Shown: in pieces, positions 1 through 12,494 of the stretch
Layout: each line of letters opens with the position of its first letter
Numbering within the stretch: position 1 is the stretch's first letter
Source of the DNA: Utricularia gibba
Lineage: Eukaryota; Plantae; Magnoliophyta
NCBI GenBank assembly: GCA_002189035.1
Contig: NEEC01000018.1
Location: 496,001-560,000, forward strand
Direction: 5' to 3'
Length of the DNA: 64,000 nucleotides
Notes under the pieces: generated by a model
What the model was told of the DNA's origin: nothing
What the model saw: only the letters and a program-made list of their open reading frames with translations
Databases searched by the model: none
Translations under genes and position numbers: made by a program

Positions 1-1
1 T

Positions 2-885
2 GACAGAAAACTTGCTAAGAAGCAACCAAAGTCAAGGATGCGTGGAGTAGTTATTGTTGATGTATTGTGGTTTGGGAATGCAGCGGAGCGTAATTTTCAA
101 CATAGGCTAATGCCAAATTGGCTTAAAAGGAATGAATCATGGAACAAGAACTACATAATTATTCCAATATGGATGGAGTAAGTAATGCTTATATGTATTT
201 TGCTTTTGGTTTCATATAAGTCATATTATATGAACTTTATTTTCGTAGGGGCCATTATGATTTAGCTATATTCTGTAATTTGGGATGCAAAGAAAATCGA
301 TGTGTTCTTGTACTTAATTCACTGCACTTAGACTACCAAAAAGGGCGTGAAGCTGCCATCCGCAGGTATTTTTTGTTTAGGATGATCCTAAATGACATAT
401 AGGTTGGGTATCTAATTGATTTCACTTAGGTTGCTTTCTGTGATCCTCATAGCGAATGGGGAAACTGAGGAGGATGCTTTAAAGGTTTTGATTCATTGGC
501 CTTTGATGAGTAATATGTAGTGATGTTGTTTCGCTTCATAGTACAAACGTTATTGTTGTGTTGATTTGACAGGTGCCTTTACAAGAGGGGGGATCTGAGT
601 GTGGGATTTATACGTTGATGTACTTCGACTTATTCATAGCATAGAAACCGGAGAAATACATACTAGATGGTTATCCTCACTTTGTAAGTAATGACTTCTC
701 ATAAGTATTTTAAATATCATTTCATATCATCTAGTAATTTATCTCTTATTTTATAGATGGTTCCGGAGTGGTTTACTGATGATGAAATTCGAAAGTTTGC
801 ACAAGATATGCGAATTCCACGCCATCGACGCAACATTTCAGATGTGGGAACACAAGAGGGTGAAAAGATGGATTCTTATCTTTGA
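2..885 (+). pseudogene. Ulp1/C48 SUMO-protease-like gene, 3' part, with premature stop (probably TE-borne; 5' end outside window)
   Basis: Manual splicing: exon to 177, exon 249-~365, a middle exon near 430-510, 573-683, 757-885. This gives IIIPIWMEGHYDLAIFCNLG...CVLVLNSLH...VPLQEGGSECGIYTLMYFDLFIA*KPEKYILDGYPHF-MVPEWF, matching the recalled plant ULP2-like C48 pattern (H, D/N, Q, C; ...GYPYFM..NWF). In-frame TAG at 642-644. Confidence 0.7.
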
Positions 886-2509
886 GTTATTAGCACTGGT
901 TATAATTATCTAAATTTACTTATGAAACATTGTTGATCTCTTTTGTTCAATGAATATATATCTTAGCAGTAGGGGAAGCTCGGCCAGATTACCTAAATCC
1001 ATAAATTCATAAATCCACTTGCCCATTATAGATAATAATTATTATTTTGATTTTATGTTCTTCAACTGAGTTTACTCAATTGTAATTCTAGCAATTGTTA
1101 GAAAAAAAAAATCATTGAGGTGTTAACATTAAATTTATTCAAAATTTGATTTTAAACTTAAATATTTAGTAATAAATGTTCGAATTTATTATAATTATAA
1201 GTATTAATGAGTTAACATTCAATTTATTGTATACTTTTTACATCAAAATAATATTTTCAACGTAAAATTCAACTTTAAATTCTATTAGATTTCTCCCAAG
1301 AATCCAAATTTAAACTCTAAATTCGTATTCATTTTACTTCCATAAATTTTAAGAATTTTTATTTTATTTTAAAGACCATTAAACTGATAAAATAATTATA
1401 TATATAGACATATTTTTCTATTATTTTAGGATTATAGTGATATGTTTAATAAATAGTGATAAGAAATGTATATTATTGAAAAAGTCGAACAATATATTAT
1501 TAGTAAGTTAAGTCAATACAAACTTTCCAATGCTCTTTTAATCATAATCATAATTATAAATATATTCACCCAAATAGAATATTATTGAACAAATCCAACA
1601 ATATTTGATTACAAAAAAGGGGCACTACATGATGAAAAACAAGATTTGATATTCAACAACACCATTATCAAAAGAAATTGACAACAAAATTCCCAATGAA
1701 CATTGAATGATTTATTTGTGGAATGAGTGTTGCCAACTTAAAAAATTTTAAATGATTATAATATTTTTATAAGAATTAATCACATCATATTCTCATTTTA
1801 TGAACTCATATTTTTTAAAAATTCAAATTTTTAAATCAATTTTATTATCTTATTTTTCATTTAATTGACAAGTTCTAATATCAATGTAACCATCTTTATA
1901 AACACTTTAATTTTTTTTAAAAAAATCAAACATGGTTCAATATAGATCAAAATGCATATGGTAGTTGGGTCAAAACAATCAAAAAAAAGATAACATTCAA
2001 CCAAAGTAGCTCCATCCACAAGAACGTTAGGATCAAAACCACATAATTGAAAATGTTAATTGAGTCAAAATAGTTCTAAATAAAATTTATTAGATTAAAA
2101 AAGTTATAAAAAATATTTGTTGAGTCAAAAGTGTAGATCACATAGGTCAACATAATCAGATCAGAAAAACAGTGGATCATACAAGTTAGATTGGCTCAAA
2201 ATACGTAGATCAAAATGAATAAACAGAATAAACAGTAAGGTCACAACTGCCATCACCCCAATTCCAAATATTCAGTGTGATTGGCTAATCTCAAGGGGGG
2301 TGGTATTAAAGATTCCTTATCTACCTTGGGTCAGTATTAGCATCTAGACCTACTACAGCCAATAACTGACCTTGAAAAGGACCTTTTAAAAAAAATCCAT
2401 TTACTCCAAATAGAGGTCTAAACCCTTGTAAAAAACCATATCTTCATGGAATCTAAAAATCCAAAGACCTTCATTTTTCCCTCTAGCAACATACATCAGT
2501 TGAGGAAAA

Positions 2510-2640
2510 GATCTATTGGTGAACTCATGCCTGGAAAATAGTCAAAGAAAGCTAAAGGCATTCCTAAGATTAATTTGTGCAAGACATATGGGGTAGATGG
2601 CCATAACTCACGAACTTGCTCAAAAAACAAATCATCACCA
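2510..2640 (+). mobile_element. degenerate Mutator/FAR1-type transposase C-terminal zinc-knuckle remnant
   Basis: Translation ...KKAKGIPKINLCKTYGVDGHNSRTCSK resembles the CxxCxxxGHNxRTC knuckle of MULE proteins; a stop lies just upstream and no TIRs were found. Confidence 0.35.
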
Positions 2641-3388
2641 CTAGTGGCCAACACAACATCAAATGTAAACAACACTCAACCAGTTGGGAATGAAGTTGAA
2701 CCTATCCATGGGAAGGCTAAAATTTCCTTACAACATGAGTCTGATCATGAACAAGTTATGCAGACAGAAGCAGATGATAGAGCTACTCGACATGATGTAT
2801 AATCACAACCTAAGTTAGTTGAGAACGGGACAATTGACATTAGTGAAACACTTGTCACTCTATTATCTATATAAATGGCATGTAAGACTTGTGAAATTAC
2901 AGATTGATATATCTCCAACCTTTGATTGCAACATATTATTATACTCTTGCAATTGCATATTTGTTTTTTATACACTTCTTCTCTCTTGCTTACTATAATT
3001 TTAAACTCTTACAAAGTATTACCTATCGAGTTCTAATTCTGGAATGCTGATTCCAATTAGCATTTCTGTCTGGACAAAGGTTCATGGTAATTTGAACACA
3101 TGTTATCACCCCATATGCCCAAATGTTGAATTTAAAAATACATTTTCTTGTTTTTTAAAATGAAATCCAAATGCAGTATGACAATTTCAAAGTGCCAAAG
3201 ACACGATTTCATTGTCAATTGTCCGATAAAGTTAGATTCCAAAGGCTTACGAGATAAGCTCCAAGTCGAGATAGCAACAGTGAAGTATGTATAATTATTC
3301 AAATGCATGGACCGAAGTCGTGTCTAAGTTTAGGGAGAACATGTTGAATGATGTTCTAACATATTGATAGCAAGGGATTTTAATTTTC

Positions 3389-4388
3389 TTAACTTATTTT
3401 TGGCTTGCTTCCTGTGGAAGTAACTCCGATGAAAGGAGCCCCTCCTCCACCGCCGTGAACGATGTAATCCCTCATCGTCGGTGCCATGCCGTCATCATCA
3501 TCGCAGGAGATGAAGGCTGTCGCAGCGGCGTCTTTGTAATAATTCACGATGCACTCCGTCGTGTCCCCGGATTTCCCGCAGTGGCGGGGCTGCGTCTGGT
3601 AGAACACCTTGGAGATCACTAGCTCGCCGTCGTTCTCCTGTTCGTTGTCGCCGAGATGGTACTGGTGCATCACCCAGTTGGTCTTCTCCGGCTTCTTCTG
3701 GCGGCCGTAGTTGGTGTACAAGACGAGTATTTTCTTGTAGCCCTTCAGTTTCCCGGCGGAGGAAACCGGTCTAGTCTTACCGGTTTTATGCCACCGGGTC
3801 TCCCCGCCATCCGCATCCGTGTCGACTCTCCTCCTCTTCCGTGTCCCCGTCGTGTATGCCCTCGACGGCCGGTAGAAAAAGTGCCGGACTTGCCCGTCCT
3901 TGCTCACTCCTGTCAACATTGAGAGGTTATTTACATACTTCCTGCACACACAAATTCCAAGAGTTCCACCTGGTAACTTCTGCGGATGCGTATAACAAAT
4001 TCCATTTTCACCGTCGATGGTAGGGATGAATTCATCGATCAAGGGATGAAGCCTTCTTGGATCACCCAACACTTTAGCTTCCAAGTGCTGAAGAATTTCT
4101 TGATCCGATGGATCAAACTTCACCCCGGCTGGCAGATCCCGCAATCCGCCCCCAACCTGCAACCCAAAAGAGTGTTAAATTCAATCCATGGCAGATCACT
4201 CATCGGGTTTTGAAGTTTTTTTTGACTGCTAAAAGAAATAAATAGAGTGTTATTGTATGTGTGAACCTGGGTGACCTGATGATGTCGGAGCTGGAAGGTG
4301 TTGCCACAAGAAGGGCAGCAGATGAAGGTATCCTCCTCCCCTCTTCGTGTTGGAAGTTGGGTCGGTGATCATCGATGCACCATCTCAT
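3389..4388 (-). CDS. SND2: NAC transcription factor, SND2/SND3 (ANAC073/ANAC010) clade; exon 1 is 1 nt short (frameshift) in this sequence
   Basis: Exons 4388-4276, 4156-3970, 3909-3389. Diagnostic MRWC start, CPSCG motif, [58 protein letters not shown] and CPSCG lie in different frames; exon 1 is 113 nt. Confidence 0.88.
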
Positions 4389-7300
4389 TTCTGCTGTTTT
4401 GGTGGCGGTAATCCCATGAGAAGTCAGTAGTGGGTCGGCGTCATCCAAAGGCGGGAGCATCAAAATTGATAACACAACAAAAGAAAAAGGAGGAGGAGAT
4501 CCAGGCCAGGCCAGGCGGGGTGCAGAAAGCGAGAAGATTTCGCTTTGTTCCTTGAAGTCCCTGCAAGGAAAGCAGCGATTCTCCGACAGCAGCAGCAGAC
4601 GTGGAAGGAAGAGATCAGAGGCACTGCTGGTTGGTTGTTATAACCGAGAACAGGAAGAAGAAGAAGAAGAGCAGGGCAGGGCAGGGTATTGCTTGGACGT
4701 CACGTTTGCTTCTGGTTGTATTCGTATCACACTTGTGGTTTGAGGCAACAAACCGACTTTGCCCCCCGCCCCCACACTTTTATTAAATTAAAAATATATT
4801 TTTTATTTCACTTGTTTTTTTAATTGAAATGCATAACGCCATCAACCCAACAACTGCCGGACAACCGCTTCAAATGCATGAGTAGGAGTTTACTCCACCA
4901 CTCATCAAATCAATTCGTAACATCCTTTTTTCTTCATTATTATTATTATTAAAAAATGGGGCTCATTCCCAGGGTCGGACGTTTTACCTAAGCGTCCACT
5001 TGGAGTATTCAGGAATCCACAACTAGAGGACTGGTAGGGTGGTACCCCACCATCCACATTACTCTTTCTTCCTTTTTTATTTATTTATTTTGGAAATAAT
5101 ATCTTTATATAACGAATACAAATTATCCATGGGGATCAACCAGAAATAGATAGTAAAATTTAATGAAAGCAGAAGTGGGTCCCCTCTACTAGTCTGTTTT
5201 TTTTTTTTTTCCCACGAAACAAGAAGTTTAGAATTTATAGAGAGACGACATTTAAGTTGTTTGTATACAATTTATACCTTTTTTCCTAAATAGTGAGGGG
5301 TTGAACCATCAATGTTTTGTGTTGGTATATTAATAATAATAATATGGCATTATTTAATTAAAAAATAAATGTAATTACAAATTATATAAAAAGAAAAAAG
5401 AAAAAGAAAAGAACACGGGAAGACTAAGACGAGAACAGTGTTAGCATATTAAGTAGATGACATGTGTAGACTAGGAAAAGAAGAGCAGAATGGGTACTTG
5501 AATATGTTGTTGGATCATTGCAGCATATGCTCCTGCTTCAGCCCAGAAAATCAACATCAAATGAACAATCCCGCTAGAGGGAAGGATGCGGTTTATAATC
5601 TGTACTCCTTCCGTGATTTTCCATTCATCCGTTCCCCTGCTCTATTCCATTGAGGTGGTCCACTAGTTCCCTTTATCCTTAAAATCCGAGTCATCAGGAG
5701 GCACTGGTTTTCATTCAATGATCTGATCAACAAACTGGGAATGTATCAGTGATACCCATGCACCGTGTGCGCACCTGGATTCATTTGTGGTAGGCAATGG
5801 CTATTGTTGTTGTTGTTTCTTTTTTCTTTTTTTTTTAAATTATTAATTATTAATTATTAATTTTAATAATAAAATATTTATTTATTTAATCAAAATCTTA
5901 ATCAATTCACTTGATTTTCTCATATTTTCATATATTTTTATTTAAAATGTCTGATGATCATTCATTAATTATCATCATTATCTGTTATTCAAAATTGGAT
6001 GATCATGGTTCCTTGACTAATTTTTGTTTGTCGTTTATAAAATGTTCAATTTTTTTATTAAAATTATTTTATTTTAATATTTTTTAAAATTATCCTAATC
6101 CATGAATAATTTTTCTTCAAATCAAGAATTGATGTCCTAGAATCCGTGAATCGACGAATCTATGCACCTACACCTATATATCCTAGTCAACAACTCACCC
6201 TCATTGTCATAGGCTAAATTACAAAAATGGTCACTCTCATTGTCACAAAGTGTGTGTAAAAAATGGAACAACGTAAATCTTTTGTCTAAATAAATGAGAT
6301 ATAAAATGGCAATAGCTAGTTTTCTAAATTACACATATCTTACTCTTTATTGAATTAAACCGCATGACTTGAATTGCCATTTACCACATTAGCAAGCGTA
6401 GAATATACATGACTTGTTTGGCATATATTTTTTACGTAAAAAATTTCTTTTTGTTTCATTGCAAAGCACCATACAACATGAATTTGATTATGTGATATTT
6501 TTAATTACAATATAATAATAATAAATTTTATAAACAAAAGGAAAATCTAAGTCGTGTAGTTTGCACTAAAGCGCGCGCACACTGTATCATGTCAGCAGTC
6601 ACATTATGCACTTGATGAAGTGCCATTTTTTAATTAAAAATTTCCTTTTATTTTTAATAAAAATGATATATCAATAAAAATTCATTGATGCGGCATTTTA
6701 TATTTGAAATAATAAAATAATTATAATTTTATAAAAATAACGAAAAAAATAGGTCATTTAATTCAAATCTCACAAATATTTTTTTAATATTTTTAATTAG
6801 GCCGTATTTGATTGGACATTTTACTTGAATTTAACTCTAAACTCATAAGTTTTGTGAGTTATAGGTAGATAAAAATAAACTCATCTATTACCTTTACATT
6901 CAATAGAAACCCCCCAAAATTGGAGGGAGGTGAATAAGGAAGTGATGGGTTTATTTAAACATAGTTCGTGTCTTCCATTTTTACTCTTCACAGGTGATGC
7001 TCAAATTCAAGTTGCGATAATTGACAACGCCCGATTTTTACTATGCAAGTTATGCAAAGCAGAGAGTGGTCATCCAACTAGGTTATATTAGAATAGTTCA
7101 TGTGTTATGCTATCCGGATGAGTTTTTATTTTATTTTTTTATTCTAATGTAACCTAGTTCATGTGTTTTTATTTCCTTTTCTATTCCATTTGTGTCTTAT
7201 TAGTCCCAAAGCTCTCACATAATATTTCTTGGAGCATCAGATATAGAAACGTGGAATAAGGTCTTTACTTCTTCATTTTCTTTTATCTTCATTACATAAG

Positions 7301-8390
7301 AATCATTTGTATATGTTACTAGTTTGTTTCATATCAGTTAGGTTACCAATGTTTGATGTGGAAAGTTCGCTGTTAATTGTGATTGGTATCCCTTGTTTTT
7401 TTTTTTTTTATGAGCAATGCGAAATTTTGGATTCGATACATATGAAACATATGAATAATATATGAAAATAAATACATTTTTTTGTATACAATATATTAAT
7501 AATTTCAAATAAATTTTAATTTACTTTGTTATATCAATTGAATTTATTAGTACATTTATAAAATTATTTTTTTAATAATAATATGATAAATAATTCTATC
7601 TTATTATTATATTTTCAATAAACTTTTTAAATTATGTTACATAATTTTTTTAAATTAAGTATAATATTTAAAAATTTTATGAATAAATTGATTATATAAA
7701 TTCCATTATAAATCAAATATTAATAAAATACAAAATAAATAAATAAAATAAATAATATCTTACACTTATATGTACATAAATCACATGGAATAAATTAAAT
7801 GATAAATGTTTATTATTTAATTCATACTCATGTAATCCATAATTAAAATAGTATATCATTATACCATATAATTCATATCTATGTAATAAATAAACCAAAT
7901 AAGTGTGTTATTTGTTGTTTCTACGTATATGTTTTTATAATAATTATTGTTTTTTAATTTTTTGTTATATACATATAAATATTAAATAAATATTTATACA
8001 TAAAAAAATATATTTTTAATATAATTACATAAAAAATAATAAGAAAATTCAAAAGAATGATACTTGGATAATACTTTTAGAACTAGGGTATTCCACCAAA
8101 GAGGTCTATATGGTGCTAACAGAATTTATTTTAGGTTTAGTAAACGTACAAAATTTAATGTCAAGCATTTCATTCATTTTCGGGTTGTCATACACCATTT
8201 CAATGATTACATGCTATTTAGCGTAATTTTATTTTAGGTATAATTAATATATAACATTTGCTATACGCAAGTACCATGTTCATTCCAACCTGACATCAGT
8301 AAAGTATTGGATTGGATTGTGGAGCTTGGTTGAATTTTTGAAGGAATAGAGTTTCAATCAAGTACCACAAGACAACAACCTAAAAAGTAT

Positions 8391-8490
8391 TTTTAATAAA
8401 ATTAAAAATAATTATGGAAAATTATTTTTTAAAAAAAATTAAAAATAATTATGGAAAAATATATTTTTAATAAAATTAAAAATAAATTGT
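8391..8490. repeat. AT-rich degenerate tandem repeat, about 3 copies of a ~37-bp unit
   Basis: AATTAAAAATAATTATGGAAAA occurs twice, plus a third partial AATTAAAAATAAATTG. Confidence 0.55.
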
Positions 8491-8602
8491 ATTTTTTTAA
8501 TAGAATTCATTTATTTTTATTAACTAAACTGTTTTAAATTCTAAATGATTTACCATGGACCTTCCGACGAGGAAGAGTTGGCGGGCCGATCCGTCCCTTG
8601 GT

Positions 8603-8619
8603 CACGTGTAGAAAGCCCA
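8603..8619 (+). promoter_or_regulatory. G-box plus site II (TCP) motif upstream of PARN
   Basis: CACGTG at 8603-8608 and AGCCCA (TGGGCT reverse complement) at 8614-8619, about 75-90 bp before the ATG. Motif match only. Confidence 0.3.
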
Positions 8620-8692
8620 ATAAGCTTTTTGCCTCTCCCTCCCCTGGAGAGTTTCATGTTAATTGGTATTGCAGCGAAGTGAGCGGAGAAGA

Positions 8693-11624
8693 ATGATGAC
8701 AACCTTTTTCATGCGTTGGGGCCTTCTCCGGGCCGGAACCGGAACCCGAAATCGACTTGCCTCCGTCACGCATTCAGTATGCACGGCCGCGTCACCGCCG
8801 GAATTGTCTTTGAAGAATGTGACCAAGTCAAATTTCGAGCCGGCTCTCGCGGAACTGCGGCGGCACATAAGAGAAGCCGACTTCGTCGCGATCGACTTGG
8901 AGATGACCGGAGTGACCAGCGCTCCTTGGCGGGAGATATTTGTGTTTGACCGCAGCGATATCCAGTATTTGAAAATAAAAGACTCCGCCGAGAAGTTCGC
9001 CGTCATTCAGTTCGGCGTTTGTCCATTCAAATGGAATTCACAAAGCGATTGCTTTGTTGCTCATCCGTAAGTCATCTACGATAATTTCTAAATTCAGGTG
9101 TCGTAGTGGCAAATTAAAATGCTTAACTTCTCCCGTCATGTAGGTTTTTTTTTTTTTTGCTTGCTCGACTTGGTGTTCCTCAGTTATAAAACTTATGCGC
9201 TTTAGCTGTAATTAAGTTTCTTCAACCAGTAGTTAACTCTTTCTTTTTTTTCCCGGGGGGGGGGGGGGGTTTGCAATATTTTCCAGGTTCAACTTTTATA
9301 TATTCCCACGGAAAGAGCTTCCGGATCCGATTGGCAGTTCTTGCAATGAGTTTCTGTGCCAAACAAGCTCGCTGGAGTTCTTGGTCAGATACCATTTTGA
9401 TTTTAATACTTGCATTAATGAAGGTGAAGTATCCTGGAAATTGTTCTCTTGAAATGACTTGAAGAGTCATTCTTGTTGTGTTAGTAACCGTTATTTAGAA
9501 TTTTACACTATTAAATAATCTCAGGAATATCTTATTTATCCAGAAGCCAAGAGTTGGAAGCATTGGAACAGGTAGACGCTGCACACAGGGATGAGTTTTC
9601 ATCTTTGAACCTGAGAAAAGGTGAAGATGGAAAGTTAGTTAGAATGGCGGATGTTTTATTTGTCGAAAGAATGAAGATCACAATCAGAGAATGGTATTTG
9701 AGTATGAGAGTGGGATATCAAAGTTCTTCGAGTTCTATAAGTTTAATGAACTCCGTTCCTAGATTTCAGACTACCTTTTTAGGCATTCGTCCTGCCCTTG
9801 TGCTGAGTAGCATGAATTCACGTCAGCTGAGGTTGACTAAGTCGGTAATACATTTTTATACTTCTTTTGTGTCTGCAAATAACCTCATCAACAATGCTAA
9901 CGTTGCTCAGTCTGAAATCTAGTCTAGTTTTTTTTTTCTTAATAAATGTTCTCATTCTTGCTTGTGTAAATCAGGTAATTGTGAAGCATTTTCAAGATCT
10001 TTGCTATGTGGATGCCATTAGTGATACAACCTTTTCCCAACCATTGCTTGTCTACACAGAATCCGTTGCAGATAGGGATTTGTTGAATGTGAGTCTGTCC
10101 CCCCCCCCCCCCCCCCTCCCCCCCAAGTCTTGCTTCCAAGCATTTCATTTTACATCTTTGTACTTTTTTCTTGTAGAAGGAGATTAAATCATGTCGACAG
10201 CAGAAGGCTGAACAAAAAATTAAAGGTGCAGTTGGGTTCCGACATGTTATCGATCTTCTGTCTTCAGAGAGAAAGTTGATAGTTGGCCATAATTGCTTTC
10301 TTGGTATGATATTTTTCAGTGGGTCTCATTGTAGGCACTTTGTTTTGTTTGTGTTTTCTTCTCTTTCACTCAATCGTTTTTATAATTCCCTTGCTTGACT
10401 ACTGTTTTACAATTTTATGCCAGATCTTGCACACATTTACAGCAAGTTTTTTGGTCCTCTTCCTTCAACTATTGAGGAGTTTGTGACATCCCTTCAGATA
10501 CATTTCCCTTTTATAATCGACACCAAACTGCTGCTAAATTCTGATGATGCATTATTACGTATCATGAACAAAGCTGGTACTTCACTTGACAGAGCGTTTA
10601 ACTTGCTTTGTCAACCTGTTGCACCAACTGGCACAAGCAGTTTTGGAAACAAGCCAAGTCCCAAAGTGGAAATTCATGTGGATGATCTAAGGTTACATTT
10701 CCATCTACCATAGCAACATTCTTTGTTTTCACAATGTTAACTCACTGGTGTATCAGCTTGTTTTTTTCGTGGCTGCATTACGCATTTTCTTATTTACCAC
10801 TTTTGAACAATATGTGGCTTTGGATAATTTAATTCAGGTCTTCTCCACTTGCATTTCCGACGTTGTTCCTCAGTTCCACCAACTTTGTGTACTATATCCA
10901 TGACTGTTGAACATCAGGATAATGGTTTCAAACTATTGTTTTCAGGTTTTCAATCTGGAATCCAGGGACTAAGCATGAAGCAGGATACGATGCATTCATG
11001 ACAGGATGCATCTTTTCTCAAGCCTGTTATCATTTAGGGATTAATTACGGATATGGTGCAGCCCATTTTGTTCAAAATGAGAAGCTGAAAAGTTACATCA
11101 ATCGTTTATATGTCAGTTGGATAAATGGAGACATCATTAATCTGGAAACAGGGAAAACAGTTTTGTCGTCTCGAAAGCCCACCAGTTTCAAGATTGAGTT
11201 CTCCAGAATAATTATATTGTGGGGAGAAGCATCAAAGCTCCAAATGAAGGACATCAAATGTTGTTTTTCTAAAGCTTTTGGCATCGGTTCTGTTACTTCT
11301 TTCTACCATTTGGATGAAACTGCCATCCTTCTACAGTTCAGCAAGGAGGAATTCGTTGCCAAGTTCCTCCAGCTGATGGAAACCTTGCAAAGTGTGAATA
11401 ACCCTATTTCTGTTCTGCATCCTTTGACCAAAATATTTGATGGTAACCGAGTTCATGCGGGGACTTACGAGATGTATAAAGAGATATGTCAGTCACCTAT
11501 ATCGGAAGTGATGTTCTTAAACCAGGCTCAAGCGGTGTTGGCCTCAGTTCTGATTCAGAAAGTTGAAGCGGATACAACCTCTGAAGATAAATTACAGTGC
11601 TTTGAAGCACAGTTGAGCAAGTAA
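8693..11624 (+). CDS. PARN: poly(A)-specific ribonuclease (DEDD/CAF1 family, AHG2-like), 672 aa
   Basis: Seven exons: 8693-9066, 9287-9423, 9525-9844, 9975-10088, 10177-10303, 10424-10691, 10946-11624 (2019 nt, phases consistent). Motifs AIDLEMTG, VGHNCFLD, KHEAGYDAFMTG. Arg/Ser/Thr-rich N-terminus resembles an organellar presequence. Confidence 0.93.
9255..9269 (+). repeat. G15 homopolymer in PARN intron 1
   Basis: Direct count; ends 17 nt before the exon 2 start. Confidence 0.85.
10099..10124 (+). repeat. C18-T-C7 tract in PARN intron 4
   Basis: Direct count; starts 10 nt after the exon 4 end. Confidence 0.85.
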
Positions 11625-11867
11625 AACTTGTTTCTCCTCTCCTCGAATTATAGTGATCTCCTTCATTAGGGTGTTTGAAAATCTAGCGATCCCTCTGAAG
11701 GGAGAGTTTTTTATGGAATGAATTCATGAAGTGGGAAGATGATAAATGCATCCAGAAACAAGGAAATTCTGATGACAGGTTAAAATACTGAAACAGCCTA
11801 AGCCCAATACAGGCTTGGAGAGAATCAGAACAATGAAAACATCTAAACGAAGAACGGGAATGCTCTC

Positions 11868-12494
11868 CTACATGAATTTGTAGAGAACCCCTGCAACAAC
11901 TGTGCCCACAATACTGGAGAAAACAGAGAGCTTTGAAGCGGAACTTTGTGGCTGTGATGAATCATCGGAACCTTCACCGTCTCCACCAGAGGGCACCGGA
12001 GTTGGTGCAAGTTCCGATGCAGGAGCTCTGTGAGGGTGAATGACGTCCACAATGAGTCTCTCACCTGAAGTGCAGTGCCCTGGCTGACCGCTTATGAAGA
12101 AGAAGTATCCCGGACGATCAAGCTGGAAAATGGTGTTGCCGCCTTCAAACCTTGAGATGGGATTTGATGTTGTGCAGTTGAGATAATCAGCAGAGGTCAC
12201 TAGCAGCACGGAGTCGTTCTGGTACTTGAAAACTAGGAGAAAGGACATGAGAAATCAGCGTGTGAAAGTCACAGAGACACAAACGCAAGGTGCTTATGGG
12301 GAGAAAAACTGACCAATTGTGTCACCAACATGGAACCTGTTCCTAGATGCCCACTCATTGTACGTCTCCGGCTCTCTTCCGGTGGGTTCCCGCCACTCAC
12401 CAACATTGAACTGATACGCCGATGACACCATAGCGCCAACCGCTGCCACAAGAAAGGTGCAGAGGATTACATTCTTGAAGGACTTCAACGCCAT
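11868..12494 (-). CDS. ENODL: early nodulin-like phytocyanin (plastocyanin-like domain, signal peptide, probable GPI anchor), 181 aa
   Basis: Exons 12494-12314 and 12232-11868. Motifs YNEWASRNRFHVGDTI-VFKY, DSVLLV, DYLNC, GYFFFISG, HCTSGERLIVDV; Pro/Ser-rich linker; hydrophobic C-terminal tail. Confidence 0.92.

Noticed and set aside
6115-6170. AATCGACGAATCT motif matching the reverse complement of 35203-35216 near the hAT relic
   Set aside because: Only a 13-bp match, with no TIR pair or 8-bp TSD to support an element.
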